From positions 7,857 through 71,856 of the forward strand of contig CAZFVQ010000010.1 in assembly GCA_964522415.1 (NCBI GenBank): a DNA stretch of 64,000 nucleotides, given 5' to 3'. Positions within the stretch are counted from its first letter, which is position 1. Every line of letters begins with the position of its first letter. The notes under the pieces were generated by a model. That model did not search any database and was not told where the DNA came from. It saw only the letters and a program-made list of their open reading frames with translations. This document shows positions 26,213-35,183 of this stretch, piece by piece. Both the position numbers and the translations under genes were made by a program. This DNA is from an uncultured Rikenellaceae bacterium (GTDB lineage: Bacteria > Bacteroidota > Bacteroidia > Bacteroidales > VadinHA17).

Positions 26213-28147
26213 CTAAGGTTCTTCCGCAACCATATTATTGTCAATAAGCCTGCTGTTGTAGCTTTGGATTATTGCCTTCAGCTTGTCTTCCATAAATGAT
26301 AAAAGCTCCGCTTCTTTTTCAAGCAGATTCACCTCCAGGAATCTGTCGGTTTTAAAGTTATATAATCCTACTGGCCTGTAATCAGTCATTAAAAGGATAT
26401 GGTCTCTCATGTAGAGGTGATAAATGCTGCCATTCGTATTGAACGCGAAAGATTCATCCGAATCATCAAAGAGATCATTACCGAAAGCAATGAACTCCTC
26501 GTCATAATTGAGATAATTAAGTACAGTGGGCATAATATCAATCTGCTGGGCTATCCTGTTCCTGATTCCCTGCAGATCACTCCCGGGCCTGTACAGGATC
26601 AACGGAACAGAATATAATCCATAGCTGTTCTGGTATTCCCTGTGAATCGACTCATTTGTATGATCAGCAGTAATAATGAAAAGTGTGTTTTGAAAAAATT
26701 CTTCTTCCGAAATACCCTTGAAGAATCCTCTCAATGCAAAGTCGGTGTATCCCACAACTTCAGCAATGGGGACAGGCCCTTTGGGAAACTTCCCTTTATA
26801 TTTCTCCGGAACCTTGAACGGATGATGTGAGGAAAGTGAAAAAACCGAGGCCAGAAATGGCCGGGGAAATTCCTTCATCCTTTCCCCGAAAAACCTGAAA
26901 AATGGTTCATCCCATATCCCCCACATACCATCGGTATCTCCCGGATAGGGATAACTTTCATAACTCACATAATCCTGGAAACCTGAAATCCGGGAAAAGG
27001 AATCAAATCCCATAGATCCGCTCAGTGCACCGTGGAAAAATGTGGTGTAATAGCCTTTTTTCCCTAGATGTGCAGCCAGACCTTCAATCCGGTTATTTGA
27101 ATAGTGAGATATGGCATAAGGCGTTTCCAGAGAGGGTATTGAAGCCAGTATGGAAGGCATTGCATCGATCGACTTTTTGCCGTTTGCAAGAGACACATCA
27201 AAAGTCAGACTGACACTGATAAGGGAATCAAGAAAGGGAGTATAACCGGAATAAGTACCACCATCAAGATCTTTGTTCAATGCGCCGATATATTCACGGC
27301 CAAAACTTTCAAGAATGATTATTACCACATTTTCTTCCCTGAAACTCCCCTGATGTTTCGGGACGAAATGAGGATTATATAAATCACTTAATCTGTCGTC
27401 ATCAAAAAAAACCTTCCTGTCAAGGGGTTTCTTTCCCGATGTCCTGAATAGGCTGAACGGGGTGTTGAGTACAATCGCCACATTCGTGGGATTGTTTACA
27501 TATCGCGCTGCATTACTGTTTGATATAGGTCTGGTCGATTCGTTGAGACTGCCACGCGCTCCCCCAACTACCAGTCCGGCAAGCAGAGGTACAAGAAGAA
27601 CATTGATTATTGCATAGCTCAGCCTGTTGGATGGCCGGGGTTTTTCCACCTTAACCCTCCTGTACAGATAAACCATAAGGAACCAGATAAAAATACAGAA
27701 GAGTGTAACAGGCCAGTAATCAATCACGAATTTGAAAAACATTTTCACCACACCGGGTTCCCCTTCAAATGTCCGGAATACGTCAGAGGTTGCCCTCTTG
27801 AAAACAAAACGGTAATAAACAAAGTCTGCACTGTTGACTGCAAAAGCCAGTCCGTTGCTAAAAAAGAAAATAAAGCCTAATATTTTCTGATAAATTGCAT
27901 TATAACGGAAATCGAAAGGAAGCAGATTAAAAAATATAAATACCAGGTTTATATATACTGTTGCCGAGATATCGAAAACCAGTCCTCCTCTCATTACGGA
28001 TAAAAATTCCGCCACGCTTATCCCCGGAAACATATTATGATTGAAAATATAAAATCCTATCCTGCTTAGGGAAAAAAGAAAAAGTATTATTAAGATCCTG
28101 TAAATCAGAACAACAAATATGTTTTTAGAAAAAAACCAGTTCTTCAT
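26213..28147 (-). CDS. LTA-synthase-family / sulfatase-type (alkaline phosphatase superfamily) membrane protein
   Basis: 644 aa with about 5 N-terminal TM helices followed by a sulfatase-like domain (NVVIIILESFGREY..., ...ITADHTNE). Confidence 0.8.
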   Translation of the reverse strand: MKNWFFSKNIFVVLIYRILIILFLFSLSRIGFYIFNHNMFPGISVAEFLSVMRGGLVFDISATVYINLVFIFFNLLPFDFRYNAIYQKILGFIFFFSNGLAFAVNSADFVYYRFVFKRATSDVFRTFEGEPGVVKMFFKFVIDYWPVTLFCIFIWFLMVYLYRRVKVEKPRPSNRLSYAIINVLLVPLLAGLVVGGARGSLNESTRPISNSNAARYVNNPTNVAIVLNTPFSLFRTSGKKPLDRKVFFDDDRLSDLYNPHFVPKHQGSFREENVVIIILESFGREYIGALNKDLDGGTYSGYTPFLDSLISVSLTFDVSLANGKKSIDAMPSILASIPSLETPYAISHYSNNRIEGLAAHLGKKGYYTTFFHGALSGSMGFDSFSRISGFQDYVSYESYPYPGDTDGMWGIWDEPFFRFFGERMKEFPRPFLASVFSLSSHHPFKVPEKYKGKFPKGPVPIAEVVGYTDFALRGFFKGISEEEFFQNTLFIITADHTNESIHREYQNSYGLYSVPLILYRPGSDLQGIRNRIAQQIDIMPTVLNYLNYDEEFIAFGNDLFDDSDESFAFNTNGSIYHLYMRDHILLMTDYRPVGLYNFKTDRFLEVNLLEKEAELLSFMEDKLKAIIQSYNSRLIDNNMVAEEP

Positions 28148-28310
28148 ACTTTAATTATTTACATGCCTTAATTATTTATTTTGCTGAGCCCGGGTTTATA
28201 CTTTTGCCGGGAAATAATAAACTTAAAAGTTTAACGAACTGTTGTATTATTATTTACAAGTGTAAAGAAAAATGATAAAACTCTATCAAATAATCAATCT
28301 CAGGCTATGT

Positions 28311-30206
28311 TTATTCAAGATAAGTATAACCATACAGGCCTGATCTGTAATTCGACAGGAATTCCCGCCCCTCCTCAAGCGTTATTATTCCCGCCTTCAC
28401 CGAAGAAGTGACCCAGGACTCAACGGTTCTTACCATTTTTTTTGGATTATACTGCACGTATTCAAGAACTTCCGCTATTGTTTCGCCATCTATAACCTGA
28501 TCAATCCTGTATCCGTTCTCATCCACGGAAACATGAACTGCATTGGTATCACCGAAAAGGTTATGCAGATCGCCCAGAATTTCCTGGTATGCTCCCACAA
28601 GAAACACACCCAGATAATAAGGTTCTTTCGGCTTCAGATGATGAACCGGAAGAAAATGTGAATTATTGCTGGTTGCTATGAAATTATCAATCTTTCCGTC
28701 TGAATCACAGGTCATGTCCTGTATGGTGGCAGCAACGACGGGATGTTCATTCAGGCGTTGAATAGGCATTACCGGAAATATCTGGTCAATTGCCCAGGCA
28801 TCAGGAAGCGACTGAAAAAGCGAGAAATTGCAAAAATACTTGTCAGACAATATTCTTGAAATTTGCCGTATTTCCTCCGGTACGTGCCTGGCCTTTCCGG
28901 CAATCTGATAAACCTTTCTGGCTATGGACCAGAAAAGCTTTTCAATCTGGGCTCTTGTCCTGAGGTCAATAATGCCAAGGCTGAAACGGTCAAGTGCCTC
29001 TTCACGGATCTGCTGTGCATCATGCCAGGTTTCAATCATCCGCTGCTGATTGAAATTATCCCACATACTATAAAGCTCTTTTACCAGCTCATGATCATTC
29101 TCACTTATATCTTCTTCTTCAACATCCCATTCGGGTAAAGTAGCCGTCTCCAGTACTTCAAAAACAAGCACCGAATGGTGGGCGGTCAGAGAGCGGCCCG
29201 ATTCGGTTATTACGTTCGGATGGGGAATGGAGTTCTTGTCGCTTGCATCAACAAATGCACTGACTGAATCATTCACATATTCCTGAAGAGTGTAATTAAT
29301 GCTGCTTGCGCTGGAGGAAGAACCTGTTCCGTCATAGTCAACACCTAGTCCGCCTCCGATATCTACAAATTCCACGTTAAAGCCGAGTTGTCTCAACTGA
29401 ACATAAAATTGGGAAGCCTCTCTCAGGGCTGTCTTAATCCGCCTGATCTTGGTAACCTGGCTGCCTATATGAAAGTGAATCAGCCGCAGACTGCTTTTCA
29501 TCCTGTTCTTTTCAATGAAATCAATCGCCTCCAGCAATTCACTTGATGTCAGGCCGAACTTGCTGACATCACCTCCGGATTCTTCCCATTTGCCGCTTCC
29601 CGTGGATGCGAGCTTGATCCTGATACCAATATTTGGTTTTACCTTAAGCCTTCTGGCAATAGTGGTGATAAGTTTCAGCTCACTAAGCTTTTCAACCACA
29701 ATAAATATCATCTTTCCCATTTTCTGGGCCAGGAGCGCAAGTTCAATATAGTCTTCATCCTTGTATCCGTTGCATATAATGAGCGATTCAGCTTCGGTAT
29801 TGATTGCTATCACTGCATGTAGTTCAGGCTTGGATCCGGCTTCGAGTCCGATATTGAATTTTTTGCCATGACTCACTATCTCCTCAACAACCGGTCTCAT
29901 CTGGTTGACTTTAATGGGATAGATTATGAAATTCTGGGCTTTGTAGCCATACTCTTCCGAAGCTTTCCTGAAACAATTCGTAATGTTTACAATACGATCA
30001 TCAAGAATGTCCGGGAACCGTAGCAGAACAGGAGTTGTAACATCTCTCAGGCTCAGTTCGTCTATCAGTTCCTTAAGATCAACCCCCGGATTATCCGCCT
30101 GCGGGGTAACGATGACATTCCCCTTTTCATTAATGGAGAAATAATCGACCCCCCATCCGTTAATATTGTATAATTCTGCAGAATCTTCAATTCGCCACTT
30201 TCTCAT
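28311..30206 (-). CDS. speA: Biosynthetic arginine decarboxylase
   Basis: 631 aa with the N-terminus MRKWRIEDSAELYNINGWGVDYFSINEKGNV, typical of SpeA. It looks like a fold-III PLP decarboxylase throughout. Confidence 0.92.
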   Translation of the reverse strand: MRKWRIEDSAELYNINGWGVDYFSINEKGNVIVTPQADNPGVDLKELIDELSLRDVTTPVLLRFPDILDDRIVNITNCFRKASEEYGYKAQNFIIYPIKVNQMRPVVEEIVSHGKKFNIGLEAGSKPELHAVIAINTEAESLIICNGYKDEDYIELALLAQKMGKMIFIVVEKLSELKLITTIARRLKVKPNIGIRIKLASTGSGKWEESGGDVSKFGLTSSELLEAIDFIEKNRMKSSLRLIHFHIGSQVTKIRRIKTALREASQFYVQLRQLGFNVEFVDIGGGLGVDYDGTGSSSSASSINYTLQEYVNDSVSAFVDASDKNSIPHPNVITESGRSLTAHHSVLVFEVLETATLPEWDVEEEDISENDHELVKELYSMWDNFNQQRMIETWHDAQQIREEALDRFSLGIIDLRTRAQIEKLFWSIARKVYQIAGKARHVPEEIRQISRILSDKYFCNFSLFQSLPDAWAIDQIFPVMPIQRLNEHPVVAATIQDMTCDSDGKIDNFIATSNNSHFLPVHHLKPKEPYYLGVFLVGAYQEILGDLHNLFGDTNAVHVSVDENGYRIDQVIDGETIAEVLEYVQYNPKKMVRTVESWVTSSVKAGIITLEEGREFLSNYRSGLYGYTYLE

Positions 30207-30350
30207 TACAAAGCACTTGATTTTAAAATAAAAGGATTAATACTGCAAAAATCATTTTTTTGCAATGTTATTAAAATAACATGAATAAGAAAGGATATAT
30301 ATAAAATAAAAATATGTAATTTAGCGCGCTTAATTTAAAACACAATTACA

Positions 30351-30545
30351 ATGAACAAAGGAAAGGTTAAATTTTTTAATGTCTCAAAAGGATTTGGATT
30401 CATTAAAGATGCTGATTCGGACAATGAATATTTTGTACATGCATCAGGGCTTGTTGATAAAATCAAGGAGGATGACGATGTTACCTTTGAGCTGGCAGAA
30501 GGCAAAAAAGGGATTAATGCAGTAAATGTTAAAAAAATTCAATAA
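30351..30545 (+). CDS. Cold-shock domain protein (CspA family)
   Basis: 64 aa: KGKVKFFNVSKGFGFI (RNP1-like) and YFVHAS (RNP2-like). Confidence 0.93.
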   Translation: MNKGKVKFFNVSKGFGFIKDADSDNEYFVHASGLVDKIKEDDDVTFELAEGKKGINAVNVKKIQ

Positions 30546-30553
30546 AACGACTG

Positions 30554-30586
30554 AAAAAAAGAGGCTGCCGGCAGCCTCTTTTTTTA
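30554..30586. terminator. Bidirectional rho-independent terminator
   Basis: A7 - perfect palindrome gaggctgccggcagcctc (30561-30578) - T7. It would serve csp on the plus strand and the pgl / small-ORF transcript on the minus strand. Confidence 0.85.
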
Positions 30587-30608
30587 TATAAACCTGCCCT
30601 GACAATTC

Positions 30609-30719
30609 CTATCTGTTCTTTTCGGCTTTCTTAGTCTTTTTTGCAGTGCGTTTTTCCTTCAGGGTCTTAGCCGCTTTCTTTTTGACCTTTACCTGCTGCT
30701 TTGCTTTCTCTTGTACCAT
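30609..30719 (-). CDS. Possible 36-aa lysine-rich small protein (not in ORF track)
   Basis: Manual translation gives MVQEKAKQQVKVKKKAAKTLKEKRTAKKTKKAEKNR*. It sits between the pgl stop and the bidirectional terminator. The only support is an intact frame and its position. Confidence 0.3.
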   Translation of the reverse strand: MVQEKAKQQVKVKKKAAKTLKEKRTAKKTKKAEKNR

Positions 30720-30806
30720 AATGCATAAGTATTAGATTCAACAAATGTTTAAAACAAAATATCAATTCCAAAAAAAACCTGTAAATTCTTAAAAGTAATC
30801 ATCACC

Positions 30807-31526
30807 TCAGATCATTAAAGCTGCATCTTTATCAAGCAACCAGGTAAGTCTTCCATGATAAGGCACAACATCAGAAGCCGGAAAATCATTGTCTTTTCTA
30901 AAAATCCGTTCAACAGTCCCGGACTTGGCCTTTCCCGTAACAAGAAAAGTAACCGAATCAGAATTATTGATAACTTTTCCTGTCATCGTAATTCTTTTTT
31001 GTCCCGTCACCGGATGAGTTGCCACATCACATATTTTATCACTATGGAACAAATCACGGTTTGAGGGAAAAATGGATACAATATGCCCGTCTTCCCCCAT
31101 TCCAAGAATAACATGGTCGAAAACGGGCAGTCCGTTAAGATTACGGGTATTTAACAAAATCTCACCGGAATACCTCTGTGCTTCCACGGAGGGAATTCCT
31201 TCCCCTATTATTCTGTGAATATTGCCGGCCGGAATATCGATCCTGCCCAGAAATTTATCAAATGCCATGCCATAATTACTTTCAGGATCATCCGGAGGCA
31301 CACATCTTTCATCACCCCAGAAGAAATGAACAAGTTTCCAGTCAACCGAGTCCCCGTACTTTTCAGCCATGAGGGAATACAAGACTGCCGGGGTGTTTCC
31401 TCCTGAAAGCACCACCGTATAAATATTCCCGCTTCCGGCAGCTTTCCTGAACCTGCCGGCCAGTTCCCCCGCAAATTCTTCAGCCAGTTCCTCCGGAGAT
31501 TCGTATATCTTAATTATTTTATCCAT
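30807..31526 (-). CDS. pgl: 6-phosphogluconolactonase
   Basis: Motifs: VVLSGGNTP, WGDERCVPPDDPESNY, GMGEDGH. I placed the start at MDKIIKIYESPEEL (complement of 31524-31526). The ORF-track start at 31595 would overlap zwf. Confidence 0.88.
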   Translation of the reverse strand: MDKIIKIYESPEELAEEFAGELAGRFRKAAGSGNIYTVVLSGGNTPAVLYSLMAEKYGDSVDWKLVHFFWGDERCVPPDDPESNYGMAFDKFLGRIDIPAGNIHRIIGEGIPSVEAQRYSGEILLNTRNLNGLPVFDHVILGMGEDGHIVSIFPSNRDLFHSDKICDVATHPVTGQKRITMTGKVINNSDSVTFLVTGKAKSGTVERIFRKDNDFPASDVVPYHGRLTWLLDKDAALMI

Positions 31527-31572
31527 TCTTATATTAATCAAAACCTTGTGATCAACATTTAAATAACCTGTA

Positions 31573-33099
31573 TCATAATTCGCAGAATTCCCCATCCTCG
31601 GCCAGGTTGTTGCATGGATATCTCCATGTCAGTCCGCAACCATCAACAAGATTGTCTGCCACATCAGGTCCCCATGTTCCTGCAGGATATCCGTATAATT
31701 TAACGCCTGAATCATTCTTCCATGCTTTCTGCACAGGTTCAAGAAAACGCCAGGCAGTCTCAACCACATCATCCCTTGAAAACAATGTGGAATCACCCAC
31801 CATAACATCAAAAAGAAGTCTTTCATATGCTGCCGGAACCCTTACATCAGTCAGATTGCTGTAACGGAAATCCATATCTACATTCTTTACATTAAAACCT
31901 GAGCCTGGCTCTTTCATGTCAAAATTCAGCAATATCCCCTCATCCGGCTGAATTCTCAAAATAAGCTTATTGGAATTCAGGGAGCCTTCTGTCCTCTGAA
32001 AAAGATGATGAGGCGTACGCTTGAAATGAATGACTATTTCTGTCACTTTCACAGGCAGGCGCTTTCCCGTTCTGATATAAAATGGAACACCTCCCCATCG
32101 CCAGTTGTTGACAAAGAATTTCATTGCCACATAGGTTTCTGTCCTGGAATCGGGAGATACTCCCTTTTCAGACCTGTATCCCGAAATCCGTTCACCGGAT
32201 ATGCTGGATTCCACATATTGCCCCCGTATTACCTGATTCGGCACATCCTCCTCCTGCAAAGGCTGAAATGACTGAAAAACCTTTAATATTTCATTCCTTA
32301 TCGCATCTGATCCCAGGGATGAAGGAGGTTCCATAGCCGTGAGTCCGACCATCTGAAGCAAATGATTCTGCACCATATCCCTCAGGGCTCCCGAAGAATC
32401 ATAATAACTTCCTCTCTCTTCAACACCCAAACTTTCAACAGATGTAATTTCAATCCTGTGAATATAATTCCTGTTCCACAGAGGCTCAAAAATTCCGTTG
32501 GCAAAACGGGTGACAAGTATGTTCTGAACAGTCTCCTTGCCAAGATAATGATCAATCCGGTATATCTGTTTCTCACTTATCAGTTCATGCAGTTTCCCGG
32601 AAAGATTCAATGCCGACTCCAGGTCATATCCGAAAGGCTTCTCTATTATGAAGCGCCTGAATCCAGCTGACTGGTCTGCAAGGCCCGCTTTTACCAGATT
32701 CGTTGAAATAACTTCATACAGGACGGGCGGAGTAGCCATGTAGAAAATATAATTAAAGCCGGTACCGCGGGTTGAATTTAGTAAATCCAGCCTTGTTTTC
32801 AGCCTTTTATAGTCATCCGCCACCGAACTGTCCATAGTAACATAATAAACCTGTTTTAAAAAATCCCGAACCATCCCGGCATCAGGAATTCTTCCTTTGT
32901 GTGCGGCAAAAATGGCAGATCGCATTTTCTCCCTGAATTCATCGTCACTAAAAGAAGTTCTTCCGCTGCCCAGGATGGCAAATTCCGAAGGAAGCAGTTT
33001 CTGACTCTTAAGTGAAAAAAGAGCAGGAACCAGTTTTCGCGAGGTGAGATCGCCTGATGCTCCGAAAATCACCAGTACCAGATTATCGGGATGCTCCAT
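31573..33099 (-). CDS. zwf: Glucose-6-phosphate dehydrogenase
   Basis: 508 aa with the NADP motif FGASGDLTSRKL and the active-site motif RIDHYLGKE. Confidence 0.93.
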   Translation of the reverse strand: MEHPDNLVLVIFGASGDLTSRKLVPALFSLKSQKLLPSEFAILGSGRTSFSDDEFREKMRSAIFAAHKGRIPDAGMVRDFLKQVYYVTMDSSVADDYKRLKTRLDLLNSTRGTGFNYIFYMATPPVLYEVISTNLVKAGLADQSAGFRRFIIEKPFGYDLESALNLSGKLHELISEKQIYRIDHYLGKETVQNILVTRFANGIFEPLWNRNYIHRIEITSVESLGVEERGSYYDSSGALRDMVQNHLLQMVGLTAMEPPSSLGSDAIRNEILKVFQSFQPLQEEDVPNQVIRGQYVESSISGERISGYRSEKGVSPDSRTETYVAMKFFVNNWRWGGVPFYIRTGKRLPVKVTEIVIHFKRTPHHLFQRTEGSLNSNKLILRIQPDEGILLNFDMKEPGSGFNVKNVDMDFRYSNLTDVRVPAAYERLLFDVMVGDSTLFSRDDVVETAWRFLEPVQKAWKNDSGVKLYGYPAGTWGPDVADNLVDGCGLTWRYPCNNLAEDGEFCEL

Positions 33100-33700
33100 G
33101 ACAGTATTTTCAAACGTTTTATTTATACATGACCTAATGCTGTAAATATAACCAATCAGGCAGACGGAAAAGCATCTGAATAAGAAAAATTATATTCATT
33201 CACTGATCATACCGCCAGCAGACTAAAGGATCAGGCAGGTCCCGGAGAGGGTTTCCAGAAAAGACTCATCAGACCGGGAAAACCAAAGTAACAACCTGAG
33301 AAACAATACAGCAGATATATTATAATATTCTGTATTTCTTTATGTTATTGTCCGCATCCGTGCTTTTGAAGAGTTATTCACTGCATGATCCTCATCTGAT
33401 TCCTTGGTAAAATACATAATGAAATATATAACAGAAATTAACAGCTGACAAAATAAATCCGACTGATTATTTTGCCAGAAGCAGAAAAATTTTGACGAAC
33501 GTATCTTTCCCGTATGCGGGGAAACCTATTATTACATTAAAATTTAGATTCTACGTCAATTTGTATTTAAATTTAACAAGGCTCCGGTCCGGTAATCCGG
33601 AGCTGAATTAAAAAAGAGATAAAAAGATAGTCATATTACGGGATTATACAAAAAATTTGCCCGGGAATATAATAATATTTATGCTTTGAATTGAAGAGAA

Positions 33701-34684
33701 ATGAAAGAACAAGATGTCGAAATTTCCAATAGTATCCTCTTTGAATTCCAGCGCTATGTAAGAGGAGAAATGACAAAAAGGGAAGAATTCACCTTCCAGA
33801 AGAATATAAGGAAAGACCAGTATGCTGATGCAGCTATAGTTGGTTTTGCCGATGTTCCGGAAGAAGAAATTCCTTTCTTCACAGATTTTGCCGAAGAAGA
33901 GGAAGAAAAAAGGATTAAAAGTAAAAAAAGGCTTATCTACAGCATTATAGCCTCTGTATTAATCCTTGTAATAGCTACTTCAGCATATCTTGTAGCAGAA
34001 AAGAAATTCTCCGTAAAACAATTCAAGCCCTTCAGATTTCTTCACAGCGGTCTTCCGGCAGCCCCCGCTGTTCTACCGATTATAGCAGACAATCAACAGA
34101 TTACCGCTTTTCAGGAAGCAGAATCAATGGCTTCCCTGGCCATACCGGATATCAGGACAATGCCTCCGCCTCCTGATATAATTCCTGATCCGGAAGTACT
34201 GCCGCCTGCAGGCAATTCACTTTCTGACGAGAATAATGAAGCGATTGCAGCGGACAATGTATCAGATACATCTGCCATGCAGGATCAAACTGTTTTAACT
34301 GCCATGACCGGTAACGAAGCTTCACCAGACATCTCTGCGGAAATTGCTTCTTCAGCCGACGAATCTGCAGAGCCGGCCGGAAATGATCAGGCTGGTTATA
34401 TAGCCCCTCAGCCGGTCAACGGTGACAACAGTTTCAGCAGGTATCTCGCGGAGAATATGAGAAAGCCCCAGACATTGCCTGAAGGAGAAGATGCAGTTGC
34501 AGTTGTAAGCTTTGTTGTAAAAACCAGCGGCGATGTTGATGGCATTAAAGTTCTGAGCAGTCCGGGAGAAGAATTCACTGCCGAGGCAATAAGACTGATC
34601 AGGGAAGGTCCGGCCTGGAGGCCGGCTGAAAATAACGGGGCAGCGGTGGAAGATCAGAAAATGTTGAGAATAGTCTTCAGATAA
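33701..34684 (+). CDS. TonB-family C-terminal-domain protein (single TM, Pro-rich linker)
   Basis: The TM is LIYSIIASVLILVIATSAYLV and the Pro-rich stretch is MPPPPDIIPDPEVLPP. The C-terminal ~90 aa are TonB_C-like (YIAPQPVNG...AVVSFVVKTSGDVDGIKVLSSPGEEF...A.RLI...WRPAENNG). Confidence 0.65.
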   Translation: MKEQDVEISNSILFEFQRYVRGEMTKREEFTFQKNIRKDQYADAAIVGFADVPEEEIPFFTDFAEEEEEKRIKSKKRLIYSIIASVLILVIATSAYLVAEKKFSVKQFKPFRFLHSGLPAAPAVLPIIADNQQITAFQEAESMASLAIPDIRTMPPPPDIIPDPEVLPPAGNSLSDENNEAIAADNVSDTSAMQDQTVLTAMTGNEASPDISAEIASSADESAEPAGNDQAGYIAPQPVNGDNSFSRYLAENMRKPQTLPEGEDAVAVVSFVVKTSGDVDGIKVLSSPGEEFTAEAIRLIREGPAWRPAENNGAAVEDQKMLRIVFR

Positions 34685-34745
34685 GACTATTAAACAACCA
34701 TATAAAAAATTTATACACACGGGTAAGGCTTCAGATTCATGGGAG

Positions 34746-34837
34746 TTCCCCGAATAAACCGGGACAGGTCTTCCGATTAACCGAAGCTGGTTCCCGATAA
34801 ACCCGGACCAGTTACAAGATCATTGAAAATTAAAATA
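34746..34837 (+). repeat. Copy 2 of the dispersed element: three tandem 21-23-nt CCCG..CGGG units plus the AAAATTAAAATA tail
   Basis: The units are ttccccgaataaaccgggacagg / tcttccgattaaccgaagctgg / ttcccgataaacccggaccag / ttacaagatcattgaaaattaaaata. The 3' ~30 nt align closely with 4548-4577. Confidence 0.65.
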
Positions 34838-34880
34838 CAGACAGATAAACCATTAATTAAAGGCAGAGACCAGTTTCAAA

Positions 34881-34915
34881 AGCGGATACTGAATTGAGTA
34901 TCCGCTTTTTATTTT
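34881..34915 (+). terminator. Rho-independent terminator
   Basis: A 9-bp stem agcggatac / gtatccgct around an 8-nt loop is followed by TTTTATTTT. It lies about 200 nt after the TonB-like stop and about 45 nt after the repeat element. Confidence 0.7.
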
Positions 34916-35183
34916 ACTTTTCCTGTCCGGTCTTTTTGCTGTATAGCCAGGCATAATCGGTTCATGGACCGCTTAAACCGGCTGATCTCCCGGTACAATT
35001 TTCTCGTATCCGCTGGGAGAAAGCAGAATTTCAGGCCGGAAAACCTTGTTACTGAACCTGATGTCTGCCCCGGTAATGGCGAGTCGATATTATGGAATGT
35101 CAATATATATTGATAACTTCCTCCCGGCCGGAATATGAATTACTGTGGGAAATGATATTTTTAGAAACAAAAATTCCGATCCC

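Noticed and set aside
33100-33700. A decayed gnd pseudogene upstream of zwf
   Set aside because: By eye I saw no reading-frame fragments with 6-phosphogluconate-dehydrogenase-like motifs. The region is AT-rich spacer-like DNA. The idea cannot be supported without a tblastx search.
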